From positions 1 through 32,000 of the forward strand of contig JBAZYK010000007.1 in NCBI GenBank assembly GCA_041659405.1: 32,000 bases of DNA, in the 5' to 3' direction. This document shows positions 1 to 8,163 of this stretch, in pieces; position 1 is the first letter of the stretch; the number at the start of each line of letters is the position of its first letter. The stretch comes from Candidatus Altimarinota bacterium. GTDB lineage: Bacteria; Patescibacteriota; Gracilibacteria; UBA1369. The position numbers and the translations under genes were made by a program. The notes beneath the pieces were generated by a model that saw nothing but the letters and a program-made list of their open reading frames with translations, searched no databases and had not been told where the DNA came from.

Positions 1-166
1 AGGATAACTTTAAGTTTGAACGCTCCATCGTACTGTTTCCGTATACCTTTTGGCATAATTTTTGGGGTTAAAAACCTCTCTTAGCATACCCCATTTTTCT
101 GTCCGATTTTGCGGGACCATTATAGAAAGTCTATTTTTCTTATAATGTAATGGGGCAATATTAATA

Positions 167-221
167 TGCTACAATAACTCTGATCAGTTTAGAAAAGGTA
201 CTAGAACCGACTGGTCAGCCA
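167..221 (+). repeat. Copy 1 of a ~55-bp intergenic element (TGCTACAAT...GGTACTAGAACCGACTGGTCAGCCA), possible promoter plus structured leader
   Basis: Near-identical to 1199-1253 and 5508-5561. Starts with an extended -10-like TGCTACAAT. CTGATCAG can pair with CTGGTCAG (one G-U) around an inner GGT/ACC stem. Lies 43 bp upstream of the Mrr-like ORF. Confidence 0.7.
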
Positions 222-264
222 GAACGTACTCCGTCCCGATAAAAAGATAGATGATATTGTTACT

Positions 265-1164
265 ATGACTTATAGCCGAAAAAAGTATCAGGATCTTTCC
301 CAAAAGAATCAGAATTTAATGTCATCCCACAAAAAAATTCAGCTTTATAATTTACGAAAAAAGTATGGATGGGTGCCTTTAAAAATAGCCCATTTATTAT
401 ATGATTTTGGGTTTGATCAGGCTAAAATTGAAGAAATTGAAATTTTTGATCAAAACATTCAACTTAAAAACCAGGAAATTCATACTGAAGCCCAACGGTT
501 AAATGGAAAAAGAACAATATTGATACATAGGTTTTTATCTTTGTTGTTCTTCCCTTTTGCCATCTTAATTATATGGATATTGTTTGTTTCGGGCTGGGGT
601 ACATGGATTCCTGTTGTAATATTTGTTTTGATTTCAATATTTATTAACAAGGAGGATTTTTTAGGAAATTTTGTTTCTAAGAAATATCATTATAATCTAT
701 TGCCTCAACACAAATTATCTACTGATTTGGAAAAATATAAACAAGCAGTTAGGGACAATGTATTATTCGAGCAACTTTTAGAAGAAGAGCGTAAAGATAA
801 AATAGAAAGGTCCAAGAGAGAGTTTTGGTTTTCCTTAAATGGATTCGAATTTGAAAATCAGATGGCTAAATTATTTAGAAAAAATGGTTATAAAGCAGAT
901 GTAACAAAGCGTACTGGTGATGGTGGAATAGACATAAATCTTTACGATGAAAATGGGTTTAGGACTATTGTTCAATGTAAAGCCCACAAAAAGGCGATAG
1001 GGCCTCATGAAGCTAGAGCTATTTATGGCTTGATGTCATCTGAGAATGCTCCAAAGGCTATTTTGATAAGTTTGGGAGGTTTTACTCAGGGCGTGAGGGA
1101 TTTTGTTAAAGAAAAGAATATAATTTTGATGGATATAGAGGATGTCATGGAACTGGGATTTTGA
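265..1164 (+). CDS. Membrane-anchored Mrr-like restriction endonuclease (type IV / Mrr_cat domain)
   Basis: C-terminal GFEFENQMAKLFRKNGYKADVTKRTGDGGIDINLYDENGFRTIVQCKAHKKAIGP shows the Mrr-type PD-(D/E)XK signature (DGGID...QCK). Two hydrophobic segments lie N-terminal to it. Confidence 0.85.
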   Translation: MTYSRKKYQDLSQKNQNLMSSHKKIQLYNLRKKYGWVPLKIAHLLYDFGFDQAKIEEIEIFDQNIQLKNQEIHTEAQRLNGKRTILIHRFLSLLFFPFAILIIWILFVSGWGTWIPVVIFVLISIFINKEDFLGNFVSKKYHYNLLPQHKLSTDLEKYKQAVRDNVLFEQLLEEERKDKIERSKREFWFSLNGFEFENQMAKLFRKNGYKADVTKRTGDGGIDINLYDENGFRTIVQCKAHKKAIGPHEARAIYGLMSSENAPKAILISLGGFTQGVRDFVKEKNIILMDIEDVMELGF

Positions 1165-1198
1165 TAATTAAAAAAATACATGTTCCATTTTGCCAAAC

Positions 1199-1253
1199 TG
1201 CTATAATAACGCTATCCAGTCCAGAAAAGGTACTAGACCCCACTGGTCAGCCA
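1199..1253 (+). repeat. Copy 2 of the ~55-bp intergenic element (TGCTATAAT...GGTACTAGACCCCACTGGTCAGCCA)
   Basis: Direct sequence match to 167-221 and 5508-5561. Extended -10-like TGCTATAAT. CCAGT...ACTGG potential stem. Confidence 0.75.
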
Positions 1254-1264
1254 AAAAAATGGCT

Positions 1265-1470
1265 CCGAGCAGAGCTCGGGGACAGTTTTTTGAATTTGGG
1301 TATAGAGCGGAGTCGAAGTTTACACCCGGAGGGTGAATCCCTCATCCCCAGCCAACAGATTTGCGGAGCAAATCCGGACCCGCCTTGGCGGGTCCAAAAA
1401 CAAACGTTTGCGAAGCAAACACATTTTATAGAAGAGCGGATGAGAAGTTTATCCCCCGGAGGGGTAAATC
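1265..1470 (+). repeat. Dense array of short hairpins, with two copies of a GAAGTTTAY-CCC-GGA-GGG-TRAATCCCTC module
   Basis: Inverted repeats: CCGAGC-AGA-GCTCGG (1265-1279), CACCC-GGA-GGGTG (1323-1335), GATTTGC-GGA-GCAAATC (1358-1374), GGACCCGCC-TT-GGCGGGTCC (1376-1395), GTTTGC-GAA-GCAAAC (1406-1420), and CCCC-CGGA-GGGG at about 1453-1464. Confidence 0.65.
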
Positions 1471-1502
1471 CCTCGTTACTTTTTTTCTAAATTAACGTTA
1501 TA

Positions 1503-1518
1503 CTTACTGCGCAGTAAG
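1503..1518. repeat. 16-bp perfect palindrome CTTACTGCGCAGTAAG followed by a T-rich tract
   Basis: Direct reading. Lies just 5' of the lipoprotein ORF at 1537; could be an operator or a weak terminator. Confidence 0.5.
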
Positions 1519-1536
1519 ATTTTTAACCCAAATAAT

Positions 1537-2007
1537 ATGTTTAAAAAAACAGGTCTTGCTATGATTACCGCCTTATTGGTAGGTGGATTGGTTTTCGGGG
1601 GATGCAGTCAACAAAATCCGAGCAATCCTTCAGAAAATTCTACAACAAATGTTCAGTCAAACAATGAGGAAAATTCAGTGAAAGTTGATGAGAATTCAAC
1701 CATAACTTCTAAACCGAACACATCAGGAGCTGAGGACACCAAAAGTTCCGTGGCAAAAGAAATAAAAGCTGCATTTCAAAATATATATTCGAATTCAGAT
1801 TTTTCTAATCAAACCGTGACTGTAGAAATGCTCAGCGGTGTCTATGCCAAAGGTGGGATCCCCACCTTAGACAATGGTGACGGTGACTGGGCATGGTTTG
1901 CGAAAAAAGTTGATAGCGTCTGGACAATCGTAGCTGATGGACAATACATTCAATGCCCGGGATTGGATGAGTTCCCGGCGGAATTCAAAACCGGGGTCTG
2001 TGATTAA
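1537..2007 (+). CDS. Small secreted lipoprotein, unknown function
   Basis: Signal peptide with lipobox-like GLVFGGC followed by an S/N-rich linker. Confidence 0.7.
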   Translation: MFKKTGLAMITALLVGGLVFGGCSQQNPSNPSENSTTNVQSNNEENSVKVDENSTITSKPNTSGAEDTKSSVAKEIKAAFQNIYSNSDFSNQTVTVEMLSGVYAKGGIPTLDNGDGDWAWFAKKVDSVWTIVADGQYIQCPGLDEFPAEFKTGVCD

Positions 2008-2046
2008 TCTGAAAATATAGACTAAAAGGATTCGATCCGACTGGCA

Positions 2047-2083
2047 ATTACCAAAAAGCCCATCTTGGAAGACGGGCTTTTTT
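2047..2083 (+). terminator. Rho-independent terminator
   Basis: AAAGCCCATCTTGGAAGACGGGCTTTTTTT hairpin (GCCC/GGGC and TCTT/AAGA) followed by a T run. Confidence 0.75.
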
Positions 2084-2132
2084 TATTGTTAAGTTGATGG
2101 TCGATTCCCTTTTCCCTTTTGAGGATTTTGAA

Positions 2133-2411
2133 CTACTTACGAACAGCATCCTTAAGAGATTTGCCAGCCTTGAAAGCAGGGAGCTTCATAGCTGGGATTT
2201 TGATTTTCTGGCTTGGGTTACGTGGATTTACACCAGTGCGGGCAGCGCGCTTTGAAATACGGAATGTGCCGAAACCGGTTACTGTTACGTTTTCACCCTT
2301 TTTGAGAGACTTGGTGATGCTTTGGAGTACAGCTTCGAGAACATCGGAAGAAGCCTTTTTTGTTACGCCGCAAGCTTTAGCTGCAGCATCGACGAGATCT
2401 TGCTTGGTCAT
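2133..2411 (-). CDS. HU/IHF-family DNA-binding protein
   Basis: MTKQDLVDAAAKACGVTKKASSDVLEAVLQSITKSLKKGENVTVTGFGTFRISKRAARTGVNPRN matches the HU fold and GFGTF motif. Start placed at the internal ATG of the supplied ORF. Confidence 0.93.
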   Translation of the reverse strand: MTKQDLVDAAAKACGVTKKASSDVLEAVLQSITKSLKKGENVTVTGFGTFRISKRAARTGVNPRNPSQKIKIPAMKLPAFKAGKSLKDAVRK

Positions 2412-2487
2412 TGCTATTTTGATTAAAAAATAAAATAAACCGGATTCAGTATATGATTTTTGAAGGAAAATGCAAGTATTCTGCATA

Positions 2488-2518
2488 CAGGAGGCTTTTT
2501 AAAAGCCCCCGCCTCCTG
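2488..2518. terminator. Hairpin downstream of the SLH/C25-like gene (CAGGAGGC...GCCTCCTG)
   Basis: 8-bp perfect inverted repeat flanking an inner GGCTTTTTAAAAGCC-type stem. Confidence 0.5.
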
Positions 2519-2522
2519 CCAC

Positions 2523-3269
2523 TTACTTTCTAGCCGTAGGGCTGTAAATAAAGGGGGATCCGATGATTATTCGCTGCAGAGGTCCGCTTAATTTATATAG
2601 ATCGAGTATCTGACCCGGTGGGTTTTCGGGGGCACTCGTATTTGGCGCGACTTGAGTAGACGCATTTGATGGTGTGATGATCGGGGTCGGTACTTGGGTT
2701 GGTGTTGGCTGGAAGTAAGCAGCAAAATCATGTTGAACATTTAACCACGCTTCTCCAACATATTGGCCCTTATTATAATACTTGAAGAAATTGGTTTGAT
2801 TATTTACAAACCAGCCGCAATCCGGACAATTTCCGGAATAAACATCTATATCGTTTGAATCTAATTTACTCAGGAAAGATAGGCCCAGGTTCTTACCATT
2901 TATAAACGCCAGAACTATAGAACCTTTTACGTTCTCTATAAAATTTCCGTTAGCGCAACCCCAGGTGAGCATGAAAACGGGCAAGTTAGCAAGATTGGAA
3001 AAGTCACTTGCGGTTAAACCCCAAACCACAGTCGGGTCTCCGTGAGAATGCAAATAAGCTACCTCCGGACCTTTAGCTAATTCCGCAAGAAGAGCTGCCT
3101 TAAAAGGAGCAAGGTTATCGACGGCATCCGGCGTGATATCTATAGAATTTTCTGTTCCATAGACAGTTAGTCCAAGATTAGGAATGGACAAATAATGATT
3201 AGGGCCTGGATATGGGACATGTACAGCCGATACCGCCCACTTTGCGGGCACGGTTTGTTTAGTGAAAAA
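2523..3269 (-). CDS. C-terminal part of a C25 (gingipain/caspase-like)-type domain, frame-shifted relative to the upstream SLH ORF
   Basis: Contains HSHGDPTVVWG and LTWGCANG (possible His/Cys dyad). Continues the upstream ORF in the -1 frame as ...HHNF|FTKQTVPAKWAVSAVHVPYPG. The supplied ORF begins at a GTG at 3251. Confidence 0.55.
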   Translation of the reverse strand, partial: FFTKQTVPAKWAVSAVHVPYPGPNHYLSIPNLGLTVYGTENSIDITPDAVDNLAPFKAALLAELAKGPEVAYLHSHGDPTVVWGLTASDFSNLANLPVFMLTWGCANGNFIENVKGSIVLAFINGKNLGLSFLSKLDSNDIDVYSGNCPDCGWFVNNQTNFFKYYNKGQYVGEAWLNVQHDFAAYFQPTPTQVPTPIITPSNASTQVAPNTSAPENPPGQILDLYKLSGPLQRIIIGSPFIYSPTARK

Positions 3270-4408
3270 TTATGATGCTTCTGGAAGTAAGCTCTTAATT
3301 GATTGATATGATTGTTGAGATCTGTCGCCGGAAAGGTTGATTTTATCCAACCGGTATATATTTCAGGTCCTCCATGTGCGCCATAACTATCATAACCATA
3401 ATAATGCCCCAAGTTATTTTGCTTAAAGCTGGCATCAAGATCCTCATAAAAGTACATAAAAGGCGCCAAATGATTGCTATCAAAGGGCTGTTCATACAAG
3501 GCGTAAGGAATATCGCCGACAAAAACAGCTCCACCTAAATTAAGGCAACCGCTACTATCAGGTTGGCATTCTTTGATGAGCAAATTCCTGATATCAAGCG
3601 GCGTGTAGGTTATTGAATTCTGAAGTTGAATTACGTCTACTTTGATTCCCAAGTTAGCGAAGACATCATTTTGAAAATTATCTACCTCCGGCTTTAAAGC
3701 GTCGTAAACGTTTTTGTAAATTATGACAACGGCTCGTTTGTTTACGTTATCTATCTGCAGTGCATTGTAAATCAGTTGTGCCAATTTCCCGCGAGTCATT
3801 CCCTGGTTCGGGAAGATGCTATTTTGACTGTCAGGTATCAACCATTCCAGATTTTTGCCATATTGAACATATTGTGTGTACCATTGGTTGGTAAAGGCAT
3901 CAGTATAAGGATTTTCAGGAACTGCCACATGCGAAACATCAACGTTTCCTGCCTTAATTAACATTTTTAAATTTTCCACCAGATTTACAGTTTGTTCTGG
4001 TTTAAAAGTTCCATCCGGATAGCCGCTGATTATTCCTAAAGCGGTAGCTTTATTTAAATATGGATAATACCAGGCATTCCAATCTTTTACGTCTTTGAAG
4101 TCTGCGTTTGAACCGCTATCAATTGCCGGTTGTCCTTGGATTTTAGATGCTCCAAGAATTATTTTTAAAGCTTCCGCACGGTTAACAATCCGGTTTGGCT
4201 TAAAAGTTCCATCAGGGTATCCGGAAATTATTCCCTTTGCTTGAAGGAACATAATCTCTGTGTAGTATGGGTTGGTTTTAGGAACATCGCTAAAACCTGT
4301 GCCCGTATCAATAGCAAAAACACTTTGCATTTGAGAAACTAAAATAAGGCCGGTTAAGATTGCCCCAACAATTGCGCCGCCGGATACTATTGGACGAGTT
4401 GTTTCCAT
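3265..4408 (-). CDS. S-layer homology (SLH) domain protein with the start of a C25-like domain (5' part of a frameshifted gene)
   Basis: SLH motifs (ISGYPDGTFKPNRIVNRAEALKII, IISGYPDGTFKPEQTVNLVE, GMTRGKLAQLI), signal-like N-terminus, then GGAVFVGDIPYA. The tail in the original frame (CPQSGRYRLY...) looks non-coding. Confidence 0.75.
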
Positions 4409-4497
4409 ATTCGGAAAATTAAGATGTATTTTTGTTTAGTTTAAGCTGTTTTGATTTTACGACATCTATGTTTGAATTGCCAGAGGGGGAACCTTTC

Positions 4498-5418
4498 CTA
4501 AGCCGTCGCTATCCTCAAATACCTCAAAATATCATACGGCTCATTTGCCGGGACTACGCGGTTATTTGTTGAAGTCGTTGTTGGTTCTTCCGAAATAGCT
4601 GTGTTTTTTCGTGCTACTTTTTCCGGAGAAAGTCGGAGGAGGCGATCAAGATACTTTTTTTCAGGCATGCCATAAACGGCGTAAATGGCGCGGCAACCAT
4701 ATCTTTCTGCCAGCGCGATGTCTTTTTTAGGGTTATCACCGATGATCAGGACCTGACGTGCAATTTGATCGAGTGTCATTTGAAGAATCGTTTCAAGATC
4801 GGAATCCGGTTTTTCTACCGGGGTTACGAATGTTGGAAAATCCACATCATAGAGCCCAGCTTCCTGTCGTTTCTGAAATTTTTCCGGTAAATCCTGAATA
4901 TCAGAATCCGCCATGGCATAAACACCTTTAATGAACGGATCAAGTTTGAAATACCTAACCCGCATTGTAGCCTGAAATTTCGGGGCATCGGTTATGATAC
5001 TAATGCGCTTTCCACATTCATGCAGGGTTTGGATGACTTGTTCCATTCCCTTGTAAATGTGCAGGTATTTTCGTCTTGCTTCGGTAAAAGCGTTTTGAAC
5101 TTTATCAACAAGTTCATTACGATTAAAATTTGGAACTGATTTAAAAAATCCAGCGGCTTCCAGGCCCTGTATCAGACCTCTGTGTTCCATAGTTCCCGCT
5201 ATGGTATAAAACTGCTTCATGGCGGCAGCTACTTCCGGTTCAGGCCTTTTAGACTCATCTGCAATACATTGAGCCATTGCGTCGTAACCATGCGCGGCAT
5301 AAGTCACCCAGTCCCAAATGGTGTTATCTCCATCAAAAACGACATCAGTTATTTCCGTCATAACTTCCGGACCCAAGGCATCATAATTTGGTTCAGTTGG
5401 AGGAGTTTCCATAGTCAT
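4498..5418 (-). CDS. HAD-superfamily hydrolase
   Basis: VVFDGDNTIWDW (motif I DxDxT), ISIITDAP (motif II), VLIIGDNPKKDIALAERYGCRAIYAVYG (motif IV). Confidence 0.85.
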   Translation of the reverse strand: MTMETPPTEPNYDALGPEVMTEITDVVFDGDNTIWDWVTYAAHGYDAMAQCIADESKRPEPEVAAAMKQFYTIAGTMEHRGLIQGLEAAGFFKSVPNFNRNELVDKVQNAFTEARRKYLHIYKGMEQVIQTLHECGKRISIITDAPKFQATMRVRYFKLDPFIKGVYAMADSDIQDLPEKFQKRQEAGLYDVDFPTFVTPVEKPDSDLETILQMTLDQIARQVLIIGDNPKKDIALAERYGCRAIYAVYGMPEKKYLDRLLRLSPEKVARKNTAISEEPTTTSTNNRVVPANEPYDILRYLRIATA

Positions 5419-5507
5419 AAATTTGGTAGCATTCGGCCTTCATAGTATCGCGAAGTGCTTCTTTTGCAAGCTGAAAGGCGCCATTGAACTGTCTCGTTTT
5501 GTAATTC

Positions 5508-5561
5508 TGCTATAATGAGCCCGATCAATCTGGAAAGGTATTAGACCCGACTGGTCAGCCA
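5508..5561 (+). repeat. Copy 3 of the intergenic element (TGCTATAAT...GGTATTAGACCCGACTGGTCAGCCA)
   Basis: Sequence match to copies at 167 and 1199. Extended -10-like TGCTATAAT. GATCA...TGGTC potential stem. Upstream of the Z1/methyltransferase operon. Confidence 0.75.
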
Positions 5562-5574
5562 ATGATAGAAAAGA

Positions 5575-5650
5575 GGGTGAGAAATTTATACCCCGCAGCA
5601 AAGCGAAGGGGGAAATCCATTATCCTCCAGCTAAAAATTGAGGATAATAG
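5575..5650 (+). repeat. 3' module of the intergenic element: GAGAAATTTATACCCC-hairpin plus ATTATCCTC...GAGGATAAT hairpin
   Basis: GAGGGTGAGAAATTTATACCCCGC...GGGGGAAATCC parallels 1310-1343 and 1435-1473. ATTATCCTC (5619-5627) and GAGGATAAT (5640-5648) form a 9-bp perfect inverted repeat. Confidence 0.6.
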
Positions 5651-5706
5651 TTAATCTAGATTCTTTCTGGTAAGATGTTAGTGTGTTTTAGTCAGATTGT
5701 TTTTAT

Positions 5707-6138
5707 ATGATGGACAAATCTCATTACTATCATGGTGCTGCCGTTGTTTCTTTGTTGGAAAACGAGAATGACTTTTCCATAAGCAAGAAAGGGTTTTTGG
5801 GTTATGTTGTGAATGATAAAATTTTTATTTTTCTGAAGTATACAACTAAAGCAAGAACGCCTTGGAGATTCACTTTTGATCAAGAAGACATTGATCGCTG
5901 CTTAAAGATGTCATCAGAATATAATGATGTTGCTGTTGGCTTGATTTGCGGAGGTGATGGGATTTGCGGTTTAAAATGGAATGAGGTGCGATGTCTTTTA
6001 GAAGATAAGCCCGGTTGGATATCCGCAAAAAGAAAACATAATGAAAGTTATGGCGTTGCTGGTTCTATCACTGAACTAGAAAAAAAAGTGCCTGTTGGTA
6101 GATGGTCAATTTTTATTTCTGAAATGATAAAGAATTAA
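5707..6138 (+). CDS. Hypothetical 143-aa protein, first gene of the Z1/methyltransferase/HNH operon
   Basis: ORF ends 10 bp before the Z1 gene on the same strand. No family recognised. Confidence 0.7.
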   Translation: MMDKSHYYHGAAVVSLLENENDFSISKKGFLGYVVNDKIFIFLKYTTKARTPWRFTFDQEDIDRCLKMSSEYNDVAVGLICGGDGICGLKWNEVRCLLEDKPGWISAKRKHNESYGVAGSITELEKKVPVGRWSIFISEMIKN

Positions 6139-6148
6139 TATTATATTT

Positions 6149-8161
6149 ATGGAAACAAATCCAAGAAAAATAATTCATGATGGACAACAAACTAATGAGG
6201 CATTAGATGTGCTTGAAGTCGAAATTGGAAATCGACAGTCGCTTCATGCTATCGCCGAGAGGGCGGGCAGGATTTTGGAATATGCAGTTGACCCAGTCGC
6301 TGGTTCGACAGAACCAAGCTACGGACTCCTTTATGGCTTGATTCAAAGTGGGAAAACGAGTGTGATTACTGTGACGGCAGCAATGGCTGCTGATAATGGT
6401 TTTAAGTGCATTATTATACTCACTTCGGATATCAATCTTTTATATGGTCAAACACTTCAACGCATTCGTAGTCAGCTTCGCGGACTAACAGTCCTTGGTA
6501 AGTCCGATTGGGATGACCATTCTCGGTTTGAGCGGCAATTAAGAATGTCACCATTCGCAATTGTTTGTTCCAAAAACTCAAGTCATCTTAAAAATCTTAT
6601 CGATGCTTTCAAGAAAGTTGGTTCTAGTGGGGCTCGTGGTTTAGCTACTTTGATTATTGATGATGAAGCTGATCAGGCCAGTTTGAATACTAACACGCAG
6701 AAAAATGCAAAAAAGAGAACTGAGGAAATTAGTGCTATTAACAAGTACATCACCGAACTTAGACAATTTTTTCAGATTAACACGTATCTGCAAGTGACTG
6801 CGACACCCCAAGCACTGTTTTTGCAGAGACCAGATGGTTTGTACCGTCCATCTTTTACAGTATTAAGTGAGCCGGGTGCAGGTTATGTAGGAGGAGAAGC
6901 ATTCTTCGAATCTGAATCAAAACTTTTACGATACACTAATCTGGATGAGGTTGATGAACTGAAGTCTGGCTATCAGCCAAATCCAACACACAAAATCCCT
7001 GTTGGATTGAGAGATTCCGTTTTGAGTTTTCTAGTTGCTGCGACTGCAAGAAATATAAATTATCCGAGCGAAAATTTTTCGTTTCTTTGTCATATCAGTC
7101 ACACTAAAATCGATCATAAGCATGTAGTTAGTCTAATTGATTCATTTAGGGAAGACACTATAAACGCGTTTAGAGATAAGAAATCATCTGCTTTTGAGAA
7201 GTTAAAGAAAGATCTGTTTATGGCTTATGAGGATATTTCTAAAACTGAGCCCGTGATGCCTGAATTTGAAAAAATTCTCGAACGAATTGAGTTCTTGTTG
7301 CGAGGTGCAAGCATAAAAGAAATTAATTCGAATTCGGATGAGGCGGTGAAGCCAGATCATGTGTATAGTATTTTTGTCGGTGGCAACAAACTTGGAAGAG
7401 GCGTGACTATTCCTAATTTGATTACCAGTTATTACGGAAGAAATCCGAAACGACCTAATTCTGACACTGTACTTCAGCACGCTCGTATGTATGGTTATAG
7501 AGAAAAGCATGTTGGGGTTACTCGCTTGTTTCTTCCGGAAAAATTGGCCGAACATTTTCGTATAATTCATCAGATGGAAAAAGCTCTGCGAGAATTGGTG
7601 AGTAAATACCCGGAAGGGAAATTTGAAGGTATTTATTTGTCATCCCCGATGAAGGCAACTCGATCTAACGTTTTGGATCCGAATTCTATTGGCGTTTATA
7701 TTGCTGGCGGATGGGTGAATCCAAGATATCCACTCAGAACCAAAGAGATTTTGCCAGTAACTGAATGGCTCGATGAGAAGTTTGTCGCTTATGATAACGC
7801 AAATGAATATTTCGAGACTGACATTGACTCAATCATAGAGATAATACAAAAATGCAAACATGACCCTGATGAAGGGGCTGAGTTGTGGAATCCTAAGACT
7901 TTGGGGGCGGCACTCGAGAAAATAAAAACTCTAAAAGGTTCTAGGGCATATATACGGGTTCGACGTGGTAACGATCTTAATGCGCCTCGTCGCGAAACTC
8001 AAGGGTTTTACTCTGGTGGTGAAGATAAACTGGTACCCGAAGATGCTGTAACTCTTTTCATGTATCGGTTGAAAGAAAGTCATCGAGGTGAGCCTGTATG
8101 GTTACCCCAACTTCGCTTTCCTGAAGGTAATTATGCGATCGCTTTTAGTTTTGAAGATTAA
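6149..8161 (+). CDS. Z1-domain P-loop NTPase / putative restriction-system helicase-like protein
   Basis: Walker A-like GLIQSGKTSVIT, Walker B-like TLIIDDEADQAS, QVTATPQALF, FVGGNKLGRGVTIPNLITSYYGRNPKRPNSDTVLQHARMYGYR typical of Z1-domain proteins. Confidence 0.88.
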   Translation: METNPRKIIHDGQQTNEALDVLEVEIGNRQSLHAIAERAGRILEYAVDPVAGSTEPSYGLLYGLIQSGKTSVITVTAAMAADNGFKCIIILTSDINLLYGQTLQRIRSQLRGLTVLGKSDWDDHSRFERQLRMSPFAIVCSKNSSHLKNLIDAFKKVGSSGARGLATLIIDDEADQASLNTNTQKNAKKRTEEISAINKYITELRQFFQINTYLQVTATPQALFLQRPDGLYRPSFTVLSEPGAGYVGGEAFFESESKLLRYTNLDEVDELKSGYQPNPTHKIPVGLRDSVLSFLVAATARNINYPSENFSFLCHISHTKIDHKHVVSLIDSFREDTINAFRDKKSSAFEKLKKDLFMAYEDISKTEPVMPEFEKILERIEFLLRGASIKEINSNSDEAVKPDHVYSIFVGGNKLGRGVTIPNLITSYYGRNPKRPNSDTVLQHARMYGYREKHVGVTRLFLPEKLAEHFRIIHQMEKALRELVSKYPEGKFEGIYLSSPMKATRSNVLDPNSIGVYIAGGWVNPRYPLRTKEILPVTEWLDEKFVAYDNANEYFETDIDSIIEIIQKCKHDPDEGAELWNPKTLGAALEKIKTLKGSRAYIRVRRGNDLNAPRRETQGFYSGGEDKLVPEDAVTLFMYRLKESHRGEPVWLPQLRFPEGNYAIAFSFED

Positions 8162-8163
8162 TT

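Noticed and set aside
1161-1490. ORF of 109 aa on the + strand
   Set aside because: It runs through the intergenic element and hairpin array, its sequence is explained by repeats, and it has no family resemblance.
2026-2045. Possible fourth copy of the 55-bp element (GATCCGACTGGCAATTACC)
   Set aside because: Only about 9 nt match the element core (CCGACTGG), with no -10-like box or stem, so chance is likely.
2119-2433. 104-aa ORF opposite the HU gene
   Set aside because: Antisense shadow of a clear HU-family gene.
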